This document shows, one piece after another, positions 17,312 to 26,120 of a DNA stretch of 64,000 nt (positions within the stretch are counted from its first letter, which is position 1; each line of letters starts with the position of its first letter). The stretch comes from an uncultured Pelagibacteraceae bacterium (lineage in GTDB: Bacteria > Pseudomonadota > Alphaproteobacteria > Pelagibacterales > AG-422-B15): NCBI GenBank assembly GCA_902610585.1, contig CACLWE010000003.1, positions 52,314 to 116,313 of the forward strand. The letters are read 5' to 3'. A program made the translations under genes and the position numbers. The notes under the pieces were generated by a model. That model made no database searches. It saw only the letters and a program-made list of their open reading frames with translations, and was not told where the DNA came from.

Positions 17312-17899
17312 ATGTCTAAAAACGTAACATTTTGCTTTGATTTTGGAAGTCCTTACTCCTACCTAGCCTACAATAATCTTAAAGTAATTAAAGACGAAGG
17401 AGCTGAAATTGAAATTATGCCTGTTCTGTTAGGAGGCATATTTAAGGCTACAGGAAATCAACCGCCTGCAACTGTGCAAAAAAAGGGGGAATATATGTTT
17501 AAAGATATTACGCGTTGGACAAAAACACTCAATATTCCATTTAAGATGAATCCCTATTTTCCAATATTAACAGTGCCTCACATGCGAGGGGCGGTCTTAG
17601 CCCAAAAAAATGATATTTTAGAAAATTACATGCAAGTTATGTTTGAGTCTATTTGGACAAAAGCAATGAATCTTAATGATCAGGAACTTCTGACCCAAGT
17701 CGCCACTGAATCTGGAATGGATGCAAATAGTTTTGCTGAAGGAATTACAAGTGATGAAATTAAAAATAAATTAAGAGAGAATACTGAATTTGCTATTAAT
17801 AAAGGAGCGTTTGGAGTGCCAACATTTTACACCGATGATGAAATGTATTGGGGCATTGACAGTATGAAATTTCTTGTTGAATATTTAAAAAATCAATAA
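17312..17899 (+). CDS. 2-hydroxychromene-2-carboxylate isomerase / DsbA-like thioredoxin-fold protein
   Basis: FCFDFGSPYSYLA N-terminal motif and GAFGVPTFY..DEMYWG C-terminal motif of the HCCA isomerase family. I prefer the ATG at 17312. Confidence 0.75.
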   Translation: MSKNVTFCFDFGSPYSYLAYNNLKVIKDEGAEIEIMPVLLGGIFKATGNQPPATVQKKGEYMFKDITRWTKTLNIPFKMNPYFPILTVPHMRGAVLAQKNDILENYMQVMFESIWTKAMNLNDQELLTQVATESGMDANSFAEGITSDEIKNKLRENTEFAINKGAFGVPTFYTDDEMYWGIDSMKFLVEYLKNQ

Positions 17900-18712
17900 T
17901 CAGCCATTATCCTCTTCATTATAGTTACGAGCAATAATAGCCCCTAATCCAGGGAAATATCTTGATATATATAATGCTATTTTTGGAAAGCTTATTCTAG
18001 GAACAATATAAGCTTCTCTTTTATTTGTCTCTATTGATTTAATAATCATTTCTGAGGCTTTATCCAAATCCATACCTTGACTTTCATGGCCTCTATCATT
18101 AGCGCCATAAGGAGTGCCGTCTCCAGTTAAGGCTTTCATACCTATCTCAGTATTAACAAATCCCGGAGCAACAGTATTAACTTTAATATTATGTTCATGA
18201 ACTTCAGCTCGAAGCGAGTCCATAAAACCGTGCAATGCATGTTTTGATGAAGCATAAACAGTTCTTTTTTTTGATCCAAATTTTCCAGACAAACTGGTGT
18301 TCGTTACTATCTGACCTTTTTTATTTGCTATCATTTGTGGCAGCAAACACTTGGTTAATTTAACAACAGAGAGAAAATTTAGATTCATAACTTGTGTATA
18401 CACATTAAAATCTGTTTCATTTGCTGCAGAATATGCAGATACTCCTGCGTTATTAAAGAGTATATCTATTGAACCCACCTCACGAGTAACTCTATTTACT
18501 AAATCGTCAATGGTTTCCAATTTTGAGAGATCGTGATCAAAAATATGTGCTTTTGCATTTCCACATTCTTTTTTTACTTTCTCTAATTTATCTCTATTTC
18601 GCGCAGTTAATATTACTTCTGCACCTAATTTTGATAACTTAATTGCAACTGATCGACCAATACCAGATGAAGCGCCCGTAACCCATATTCTTTTATTATG
18701 AAAAAAGCTCAT
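17900..18712 (-). CDS. SDR family oxidoreductase
   Basis: VTGASSGIGR, NNAG and YASSKHA. I prefer the internal Met at 18712, which avoids a head-to-head overlap with the divergent GNAT gene. Confidence 0.85.
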   Translation of the reverse strand: MSFFHNKRIWVTGASSGIGRSVAIKLSKLGAEVILTARNRDKLEKVKKECGNAKAHIFDHDLSKLETIDDLVNRVTREVGSIDILFNNAGVSAYSAANETDFNVYTQVMNLNFLSVVKLTKCLLPQMIANKKGQIVTNTSLSGKFGSKKRTVYASSKHALHGFMDSLRAEVHEHNIKVNTVAPGFVNTEIGMKALTGDGTPYGANDRGHESQGMDLDKASEMIIKSIETNKREAYIVPRISFPKIALYISRYFPGLGAIIARNYNEEDNG

Positions 18713-18733
18713 AGAATTATATAATCTAGCATT

Positions 18734-19207
18734 ATGCAACTAAGACTAGCAAGAAATAAAGACGGAAATCAAATAATCTACTTAATCAAAAGATGTTTTA
18801 AAGATTATAAAAATTGCTACCTAGATGTAGACAACGATTCTCCAGAGTTAAGAAATGTCTATTCTTACTTTAAAAATAAAAAAGGAAAGTTCTGGGTATA
18901 TGTTGATAAAAATAAAATTATCGGATGCATGGGCTATCTACCACATGAAAAAAATAACTTAGAAATACATAAGCTATATATAGATAAAAATTATCGAATG
19001 AGAGGCTTGGCAAAAAAACTAATGTTAAGGATTGAGAGTATTGCAAAGAAATATAAAAAAAGAAAGATAGTGCTATGGACTGATACTAGATTCAAGGAAG
19101 CTCACAAAATGTATAAAAAATTAAATTATAAAAAAATGTCGAAAAAAAGAAGGTTAAATGACATAAGCAATACAACTGAATATGCCTTCCAAAAAGTAAT
19201 TAATTAG
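18734..19207 (+). CDS. GNAT family N-acetyltransferase
   Basis: Acetyl-CoA-binding segment LYIDKNYRMRGLAKKLM, followed by a Y..LNYK tail; 157 aa. Confidence 0.72.
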   Translation: MQLRLARNKDGNQIIYLIKRCFKDYKNCYLDVDNDSPELRNVYSYFKNKKGKFWVYVDKNKIIGCMGYLPHEKNNLEIHKLYIDKNYRMRGLAKKLMLRIESIAKKYKKRKIVLWTDTRFKEAHKMYKKLNYKKMSKKRRLNDISNTTEYAFQKVIN

Positions 19208-19883
19208 CTTTAACTGTTCCTAATTTTCTCTCCGCTAACCCAACAGCTAAAACTATAATGAAGTTGATAATTAAATATATTGATCCCGCTACTAAAAATA
19301 TTTCAACAGGTGCATAGGTTTTTGAGATTATAGTTCGAGCTATTCCAGTAATTTCCATGAGCGTGATAATTGAAATCAATGAACTGGCTTTAACCATTAA
19401 TATCAACTCATTACCATAAGCTGGCAATGCTTGTCGTACAGTAATAGGTAATGTAATGAGCAAAAATGTCTTAATTTTATTCAGTCCTAATGCTCCGGAT
19501 GCTTCTATAAAATTTTTTGACACAGACAGGATACCTCCACGAATTATTTCTGAGGAGTAAGCACCGGTGCTGATAGTCAGTGTAATGATTCCACACCAAT
19601 ATGGCTCTTTTAAAATTGGCCACAATATACTCTCTCGAATAAATGAAAATTGACCAAGACCATAGTAAACAAAATACAACTGCAGTAACAGAGGTGTCCC
19701 CCTAATTAAATAGACAAAATAATATGCAGGAATTGACATTGATTTTTTGCCAGAAATTCTCATCAATGCCACGATTATTGCTAATGCTAGTCCGAGAACT
19801 GTTGAAATAGAAACCACTTGTAATGTAAGAGGAATGCCCTCAATTATTTTGAAAAATGACTCATACATTAATTCAAATCTCAT
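19200..19883 (-). CDS. amino acid ABC transporter permease (HisM-like)
   Basis: Polar amino-acid permease with EAA-loop EASGALGLNKIKTFLLITLP. About 5 TM segments. Confidence 0.85.
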   Translation of the reverse strand: MRFELMYESFFKIIEGIPLTLQVVSISTVLGLALAIIVALMRISGKKSMSIPAYYFVYLIRGTPLLLQLYFVYYGLGQFSFIRESILWPILKEPYWCGIITLTISTGAYSSEIIRGGILSVSKNFIEASGALGLNKIKTFLLITLPITVRQALPAYGNELILMVKASSLISIITLMEITGIARTIISKTYAPVEIFLVAGSIYLIINFIIVLAVGLAERKLGTVKAN

Positions 19884-20593
19884 AGCGCCTCCTTAGATAC
19901 AAAACCTTTAGAGTAAGTATTTTCAGCCTTATCAAATAAAATATTAGAAAGCCTGGTAATTACCAAATACAGAATAATTGCAGCCGTATAAAATATAAAT
20001 GGTTCATGTGTCGAGCCTGCGGCAATACGCGACTGTCGCATAATTTCAACCAACCCTGTAACACTAATGAGTGCGGTATCTTTAAGTGTGATTTGCCATA
20101 CATTACCAATACCTGGCAGTGCAATTCTTGCAACTTGTGGGAATATTACTCTTCCATAGAGACCATATCCATTTAATCCAAGTGTTTTACCTGCTTCAAA
20201 CTGCCCTTTATGAACGGAGTTAACTGCACCTCGAATGACTTCTGTAGAATAAGCCCCTGAAATTGCACCGACAGCAATTGTGCCAATTGTAAATGCATTT
20301 AGTTCAATATAGCCATCATATCCAAAAATTTTAGCAATATACATAACTGCGCCGCTGCCACCAAAAAAAAGAAGGTATATGACTAAAAGCTCAGGTATGC
20401 CTCTTATTATTGTTGTGTATGTATTTGCAACTATTTTTAGAATAAAAATATTTGATAGTTTACATGCAGCAAAAATAATTCCTATTAGTATACCTAAAAG
20501 TAAAGATGACGCACTTACAAGAACTGTCATCAGTGCGCCCATAAGCATCTCATCTCCCCATCCAGATGAACCAAAGGAAAATACTTCAAACAT
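19880..20593 (-). CDS. amino acid ABC transporter permease (HisQ-like)
   Basis: EAA-loop EAGKTLGLNGYGLYGRVIFPQ. Overlaps the downstream permease by 4 nt. Confidence 0.85.
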   Translation of the reverse strand: MFEVFSFGSSGWGDEMLMGALMTVLVSASSLLLGILIGIIFAACKLSNIFILKIVANTYTTIIRGIPELLVIYLLFFGGSGAVMYIAKIFGYDGYIELNAFTIGTIAVGAISGAYSTEVIRGAVNSVHKGQFEAGKTLGLNGYGLYGRVIFPQVARIALPGIGNVWQITLKDTALISVTGLVEIMRQSRIAAGSTHEPFIFYTAAIILYLVITRLSNILFDKAENTYSKGFVSKEAL

Positions 20594-20605
20594 ATTTATT
20601 TATAT

Positions 20606-20641
20606 AAAAAAAAACGGCTGAGTATTAGTCAGCCGTTTTTT
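20606..20641 (-). terminator. symmetric intrinsic-terminator-like hairpin between the binding-protein and permease genes
   Basis: AAAAAAAAA-CGGCTGA-gtattag-TCAGCCG-TTTTTT. The 7-bp GC-rich stem (20615-20621 / 20629-20635) is flanked by an A-run and a T-run, so it reads as a terminator on both strands. Confidence 0.7.
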
Positions 20642-20660
20642 AAAGTTATAAATTTCAAAA

Positions 20661-21494
20661 TTACGGTGCTAGGTCTTTACCAAACCATTGCATTGATATT
20701 TTAGAAATTGTTCCATCTGCAGCCGCATCAGTTATTGCTTTATCAAACATCGCTTTAAGATCAGCGTCTCCTTGTCTGATACCTGCGCCAACACCTTCAC
20801 CTAAAAGTCCTCCAAATACATTTGGACCAAAAGTTACTACATTAGAACCACCCGACGTTTCCATAAATGCTTCTGCTGTTCCGACATCACATAACATCGC
20901 ATCTATTCTACCAGCCGCAAGATCAAGATTCATTTCGTCTTGTGTTGGATAAACCTTTAAGTTTGAATCTAAGTATTTATTTGCAAAATCCTCGTGGATT
21001 GTCGCAACAGTTACTCCAATATTCATGCCTTTCATTGCATTGTTTAACGCACTTATAGTACCAGAAGTAGCACTACTATCATCATCAAGATTTAAGTTTT
21101 TTGCTGAAGTAAAAGTGCTTAATGGTGAACTATTAAGTGTGAAAAATCTAGCTGGTTCTGTCATGTAAGCTTTAGAAAAACTAATTGTTTTTTTTCTTTC
21201 TTCAGTTACTGACATACCTGCCATGATCACATCATATTTCCCATTCACTAACGCAGGAATGATTCCATCCCAGTCCTGTTGAACGAACTCACATTCAGCA
21301 TTCATTCTTTTACATAGATCTCTTGCAAGATCTAACTCAGCACCAACGAGATTTCCTGATGCATCTGTAAAGTTCCATGGTTCGTAAGCACCTTCCGTCC
21401 CAATTCTAATTTTTGACCAATGACCGTCAGCAAATGCCATTGTGGATATGGCACTTATTGCCAATCCAATTATTAATAATTTTAAATTTTTCAC
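20661..21494 (-). CDS. ABC transporter periplasmic substrate-binding protein (polar amino acid / opine, family 3)
   Basis: Signal peptide MKNLKLLIIGLAISAISTMAFA, YEPWNF, DWDGIIPAL..GKYDVIMAGMS. Starts at GTG after GGAGGA. Confidence 0.85.
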   Translation of the reverse strand: MKNLKLLIIGLAISAISTMAFADGHWSKIRIGTEGAYEPWNFTDASGNLVGAELDLARDLCKRMNAECEFVQQDWDGIIPALVNGKYDVIMAGMSVTEERKKTISFSKAYMTEPARFFTLNSSPLSTFTSAKNLNLDDDSSATSGTISALNNAMKGMNIGVTVATIHEDFANKYLDSNLKVYPTQDEMNLDLAAGRIDAMLCDVGTAEAFMETSGGSNVVTFGPNVFGGLLGEGVGAGIRQGDADLKAMFDKAITDAAADGTISKISMQWFGKDLAP

Positions 21495-21578
21495 TAAATT
21501 TCCTCCAATTTGAAATAAACAGAGGCATAGGGTCTATTAAAATTACTAAATGAGCAAGAAAAATGTTAGTTTTACTTA

Positions 21579-21806
21579 TTATTTTTGAAGTCTATTCCAA
21601 AGATATATAATGATTGCTACAGAAATAATGCCCACAACACCCTCACTTCCTAGTTGGTTAATCAGACCTACCAAGTTCTGAGTAATATTTTTTCCTAAAA
21701 AAGGTGATGATGGTCCAAAGAGTACTTCCAAAATTATAGCTATTGCTATCAACAATAACCCAAAATCAATGATTTCTCTAAGTATTTGCTTAATTCTTGA
21801 GATCAT
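21579..21806 (-). CDS. small two-TM membrane protein, paralog 1 (75 aa), unknown family
   Basis: Two hydrophobic helices joined by an amphipathic linker. The C-terminal ~40 aa align with the neighbouring ORF: PFLGKNITQNLVGLINQLGSEGVVGIISVAIIIYLW vs PFVGNIASNIVSLVNQLGNAGVVGLIAVGVILWLF. Confidence 0.55.
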   Translation of the reverse strand: MISRIKQILREIIDFGLLLIAIAIILEVLFGPSSPFLGKNITQNLVGLINQLGSEGVVGIISVAIIIYLWNRLQK

Positions 21807-21825
21807 ATTCTAATTTTTTACCACC

Positions 21826-21845
21826 TCCCATGCTTAAACATGGGA
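21826..21845 (-). other. 7-bp hairpin between the two small paralogs
   Basis: Plus strand TCCCATG-cttaaa-CATGGGA. No U-tract follows on the minus strand, so it is not a canonical terminator. Confidence 0.4.
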
Positions 21846-21858
21846 AGCGATAACATGT

Positions 21859-22074
21859 TTAATCTCTAAATAACCAAAGAATAACACCAACAGCAATTAA
21901 TCCAACAACTCCGGCATTTCCTAACTGGTTCACAAGAGATACGATATTGCTAGCTATATTGCCAACAAATGGGATGCTTCCTCCGCTAAGTAGGCCAATA
22001 ACAATACCCAAAGCTAGCAGTGAAAGACCAAGACTGGTTAGAGCCTTTATCGCGTTCTGTGCGTTTCTAATCAT
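21859..22074 (-). CDS. small two-TM membrane protein, paralog 2 (71 aa), unknown family
   Basis: Strong SD just upstream (GAGGGGGAAAGTT-ATG). Paralogous to 21579-21806. Confidence 0.58.
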   Translation of the reverse strand: MIRNAQNAIKALTSLGLSLLALGIVIGLLSGGSIPFVGNIASNIVSLVNQLGNAGVVGLIAVGVILWLFRD

Positions 22075-22265
22075 AACTTTCCCCCTCGTTATGTTTATTT
22101 AGATAGCAGTACTATATTTAGTACATAAGTGAACACTATATTCTAAATGTGGTAAAACAAGTTTCTTTTATAATTTAAGTAATTGAATTTATTTGATTTT
22201 TCATAATATTTTCAAAAATGTCACATTTATACAACATTATTTTATGCATCTGCACGGGGATGATT

Positions 22266-23834
22266 CTATTCAATCTGCATTAATAGCTCAGATACAAGTT
22301 TATTAATATTTAACCCTTTAGATGCAAGTCCATAGATCTTTTTATCTGGTCTAATAATTATTTCCCCTGCTTCTAAATAATCGGATAATTCGGGGCCGAT
22401 ATTAAAATTAGAATAGTCAAAAATAAATTTAAAATTTAGTTTAATTAATTTTTTATATATATCCTCTGCTAACTCATTTCTTACATCTTTTTTCGAAAAT
22501 ATTGCAAAACAGTTCCCAATCATTTTATCTAAGCAAGCAATACCTTGTTTATCAGTAATCTCTCTATTAGAAAGTCTTCTGTTAATGATCATTTCACTCT
22601 GTGAATGACTAAAAATACCTTTTTTTGATTCCTTTTCTTCAATATTATTATTTCTCCCAAATGCTTGGTCTCTGGCCTCAGGGGCGATTGCCTCCTCCAA
22701 TGGCATATTTCTCTGAAATGCCATAGATAGTGAGTCAATCAATTGTCCAAGTGCAATAGACGATTTTATTGTTTGCTTTATTGGTTGAGCTCTCTCTAAA
22801 TCATAAGAAAGTAAAAGATTTTTGCTGCAATTAAAATTAACAACCAAATTAATTTTCCATATTAGATTTAATATATCTCTAATTCCAGTATTTAGACCTT
22901 GACTTGCATAGGGCGGCATTTGGTAAGCAGTATCACCTATTAAAAAAACATTGTTTTTCTGGAAAGTATTAGCAAAAGATCCTCTAAAATTTTGAATAGA
23001 TATATTTTCAATCTCGTACTGATTAGGCTCTATCCATTTTGAAATTAAGTTTTGGATATTATTTTTTTGAATAATTTTTTGGTGTTGTTCACCTGTTAGT
23101 AATTGAAATTCAAACCTATGTCTTCTTTTTGAAAGAGAGATATAAGAAGTAGGTCTTTTATCATCACAAATTTGTCTGAAAACATTTTCTAAACTATTTT
23201 CATTCTTTAGCAATATATCGACAAGAAGCCAATTTTTTGAGTATCTTTGGTCAACGGACTCAATGTCTAATTTATTTCTTACAAAAGAATTTGTGCCATC
23301 GCATGCAATTAGGTAAAGGGCTTCAAAATGTTTTGATTTGCTACCACTTTTTGTATCCAGCCCCACTTTATTATCATTTAAACTAAAGTTAATTAGTTCG
23401 TTATCAAATAGTAAATCTATATTTTCATCAGCCTTGCATTTTTCACTTATTATTTTTTCAATCTCTGGCTGAAAAAAAGTACAAACGGAAGGAAAGTCAT
23501 TATCAGTGTATAATACTGGATTACGTTGGATCACTTTTCCATTAGTTAGCACAATGTCAGTAAAATCTGGTTTATTTAAAAATACTTTAAGAGTATCGTA
23601 TAAACCAACATTTTCCAGTAAACGTAAACTTTCATCATCGAATGATACGGCTTTTGAGGAAAACTCAGTGTCCGATTTTGACTCAATAACTAGTGTTCTA
23701 AGATTGTATTGGCTACATACTTTTGCACAGATTTGTCCAATTAGTCCGAAACCAACAATTGCAACATCATATTGATTAATATTACTAGTCAAAATAACTC
23801 CTAGATAATGAAATCGCTTGACTCTTACTTTCAA
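22266..23834 (-). CDS. FAD-dependent aromatic-ring hydroxylase-like monooxygenase (MhpA/PheA-TfdB family)
   Basis: YDVAIVGFGLIGQ FAD fold, ACDGTNSFVRNKL (DG motif) and IGDTAYQMPPYASQGLNTGIRDILNLIWKI (GD motif region). 522 aa with a thioredoxin-like C-terminal extension typical of the family. Confidence 0.72.
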   Translation of the reverse strand: MKVRVKRFHYLGVILTSNINQYDVAIVGFGLIGQICAKVCSQYNLRTLVIESKSDTEFSSKAVSFDDESLRLLENVGLYDTLKVFLNKPDFTDIVLTNGKVIQRNPVLYTDNDFPSVCTFFQPEIEKIISEKCKADENIDLLFDNELINFSLNDNKVGLDTKSGSKSKHFEALYLIACDGTNSFVRNKLDIESVDQRYSKNWLLVDILLKNENSLENVFRQICDDKRPTSYISLSKRRHRFEFQLLTGEQHQKIIQKNNIQNLISKWIEPNQYEIENISIQNFRGSFANTFQKNNVFLIGDTAYQMPPYASQGLNTGIRDILNLIWKINLVVNFNCSKNLLLSYDLERAQPIKQTIKSSIALGQLIDSLSMAFQRNMPLEEAIAPEARDQAFGRNNNIEEKESKKGIFSHSQSEMIINRRLSNREITDKQGIACLDKMIGNCFAIFSKKDVRNELAEDIYKKLIKLNFKFIFDYSNFNIGPELSDYLEAGEIIIRPDKKIYGLASKGLNINKLVSELLMQIE

Positions 23835-23882
23835 TTTAGTTTGAATTCAAGCCATTATTTAATTTGATAAAAAAAATTTGAA

Positions 23883-24989
23883 ATGGTGAAAATAGTAAAT
23901 TCATGGAATGAGTGGGATCCTCTAAAACACATAATTGTTGGAAGAGCAGATAATTGTTGCATTGCTCCAGTTGAACCTGCAATGGCTCCGAAAATTCCTG
24001 AAGACTCTGACATGAAAGGTCAATTTGGACCAAGGCCACAGCATACAATTGATAGAGCAAATTATTTACTGGATAATTTCTCTGATATTTTAGAAAAAAG
24101 AGGAATAAAAGTAGATCGTCCATCCCCGCTAAATTTCAATCAAAAAATTGGTACCCCAGATTGGAGCATAGAAACAATGTTTGGCTGTATGCCTCCTCGA
24201 GATGTTATACTTACTTTAGGTAGTGAGATGCTGGAAGCTACGATGTCCTTTCGTTCAAGATGGTTTGAATATTTATGTTATCGACCGCTATTACAAAGTT
24301 TTTTTGACCAAGACCCAGAAATGAAATGGGAAACTGCTCCAAAACCAAGGTTAACGAATAAATCATACAGGGATAATTACCTTGCAGATGAAATAACAAT
24401 AGAACAAAGATTCGAATGGGTTGCCGATAAAAAGTTTGTTACCACTGAAGAAGAACCACTATTTGATGCAGCCGATGTATTACGAATGGGCAAAGATTTA
24501 TTTATTCAACACGGGTTCACAACGAATTTAAAAGGCATTGATTGGGTTAAAAGACACTTTCCAAACCAACGTATTCATGTACTAAATTTCCCAACTGATC
24601 CTTTTCCTACACATATTGACGCTACATTTACGCCATTGAGGCCAGGATTGATATTAAATAATCCTGAAAGAAGACTACCTGATGAACAAAGAAAAATTTT
24701 TCATGATAATGACTGGGAAATAGTCGATGCCGCTAGACCCGCTCACAATTCTCCTCCTCCATTATGCTATTCAAGCGTATGGCTAAGTATGAACGTTCTT
24801 ATGTTAGATCCAAAAACAGTTTGCGTCGAAGAAACCGAAGTTCACCAGATGGATCAACTAGATAAGTTAAATTTCGAAGTTGTTCCAGTTCCTTTCAGGG
24901 ATGCTTATCCATTTGGCGGCGCTTTACACTGCGCAACAACTGATGTTTATCGTGAAAGCAGCCAGGAGGATTACTTTACGAAACAATAA
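23883..24989 (+). CDS. amidinotransferase (glycine / inosamine-phosphate amidinotransferase family)
   Basis: NEWDPLKHIIVG N-terminus, TPDWS, FDAADVLRMGKDLF, THIDATFTPLRPGLIL, and the active-site Cys context FGGALHCATTDV. Confidence 0.85.
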   Translation: MVKIVNSWNEWDPLKHIIVGRADNCCIAPVEPAMAPKIPEDSDMKGQFGPRPQHTIDRANYLLDNFSDILEKRGIKVDRPSPLNFNQKIGTPDWSIETMFGCMPPRDVILTLGSEMLEATMSFRSRWFEYLCYRPLLQSFFDQDPEMKWETAPKPRLTNKSYRDNYLADEITIEQRFEWVADKKFVTTEEEPLFDAADVLRMGKDLFIQHGFTTNLKGIDWVKRHFPNQRIHVLNFPTDPFPTHIDATFTPLRPGLILNNPERRLPDEQRKIFHDNDWEIVDAARPAHNSPPPLCYSSVWLSMNVLMLDPKTVCVEETEVHQMDQLDKLNFEVVPVPFRDAYPFGGALHCATTDVYRESSQEDYFTKQ

Positions 24990-24992
24990 TTT

Positions 24993-26120
24993 TTAATAAT
25001 TTGTTTTCTCAATTATGATATTTCGATTGATATAACAATTCATTAAAAGTCCAAACCCAAACATAACTGCTAACATCGAACTCCCTCCATAGGATATAAA
25101 TGGAAGTGGAACTCCTACTACTGGAAGCAAGCCTGTAACCATTCCAATATTTACAAAAACGTAAATGAAAAATACATTACATACTCCTAAAGATAAATAT
25201 TTACTAAATAAGCTACGACTTTTTAGTGCAAGACGAATAGAAATCATAATTAAGGCAGCATATATTAATAATAATATTAATGTCCCTATGAAACCAAATT
25301 CCTCACCTAACATTGTAAATATAAAATCTGTTTGCATTTCAGGAAGAAAATTTAGATGGCTCTGAGTACCTTCCATGTAACCTTTCCCAAAAAGACCACC
25401 AGAGCCAAGAGCAATTTTTGATTGCATTATGTGGTATCCATTTCCAAGAGGATCACGTTCAGGATTGAAAAAAGTGAGCACTCTATCTTTCTGATAATCT
25501 TTGAGATATTGCCACAAAACTGGTAAAGAACATAAAATTGAAAATACGCCTACTATAAAATATTTATAATTTAAACCTGAGATCCAAAAAATGCTTATTC
25601 CGCCAAGTAAAATTATGAGAGCTGTACCTAAATCTGGCTGTGTAATTACTAACAATACTGGAACTATAGTGATGATCAGTGGGATAATAAGAGTCTTAAT
25701 GAAACTACTATCGTTATTTATTGAATGAAAATACTTAGCTAGAGCTAAGATTAATGTATATTTAACAAACTCAGATGGTTGTAGACTTATACCAGCTATA
25801 TTAATCCATCGAGTAGCACCGTTACTTTCAATTCCAAAAAAAGGAATGATCACTAAAGATATAATGCTCAGGAAAAAAATTACATACGCATAACCAAATA
25901 TTAACCTTAGATCAAAGAATATGACTAAAAAAAAGATGATTAATCCAAGTATAAATCTTTGAGAGTGCTTCAATGGCCACGAGTTAAAGTCTCCATTTGA
26001 AATACTATATAATGCAGCCAAACCCACAAAAAATAATGTAATTATTAAACCAAGTAGAGGGTAATTTATACCTTTTAGTTTGGCAAAGACTGCACTATAA
26101 AAGTTATTTTGATTAAACAT
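24993..26120 (-). CDS. rodA: peptidoglycan glycosyltransferase RodA (SEDS family)
   Basis: SEDS motifs LQPSEFVK, TDFIF..GEEFGFIG and PLPFISYGGSS. Sits directly downstream of mrdA. Confidence 0.9.
   Translation of the reverse strand: MFNQNNFYSAVFAKLKGINYPLLGLIITLFFVGLAALYSISNGDFNSWPLKHSQRFILGLIIFFLVIFFDLRLIFGYAYVIFFLSIISLVIIPFFGIESNGATRWINIAGISLQPSEFVKYTLILALAKYFHSINNDSSFIKTLIIPLIITIVPVLLVITQPDLGTALIILLGGISIFWISGLNYKYFIVGVFSILCSLPVLWQYLKDYQKDRVLTFFNPERDPLGNGYHIMQSKIALGSGGLFGKGYMEGTQSHLNFLPEMQTDFIFTMLGEEFGFIGTLILLLIYAALIMISIRLALKSRSLFSKYLSLGVCNVFFIYVFVNIGMVTGLLPVVGVPLPFISYGGSSMLAVMFGFGLLMNCYINRNIIIEKTNY

Noticed and set aside
23836-24123. A 95-aa minus-strand ORF bridging the monooxygenase-amidinotransferase spacer.
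   Set aside because: It overlaps the 5' end of the strongly supported amidinotransferase on the opposite strand, and its translation is low complexity. It is more likely spurious.
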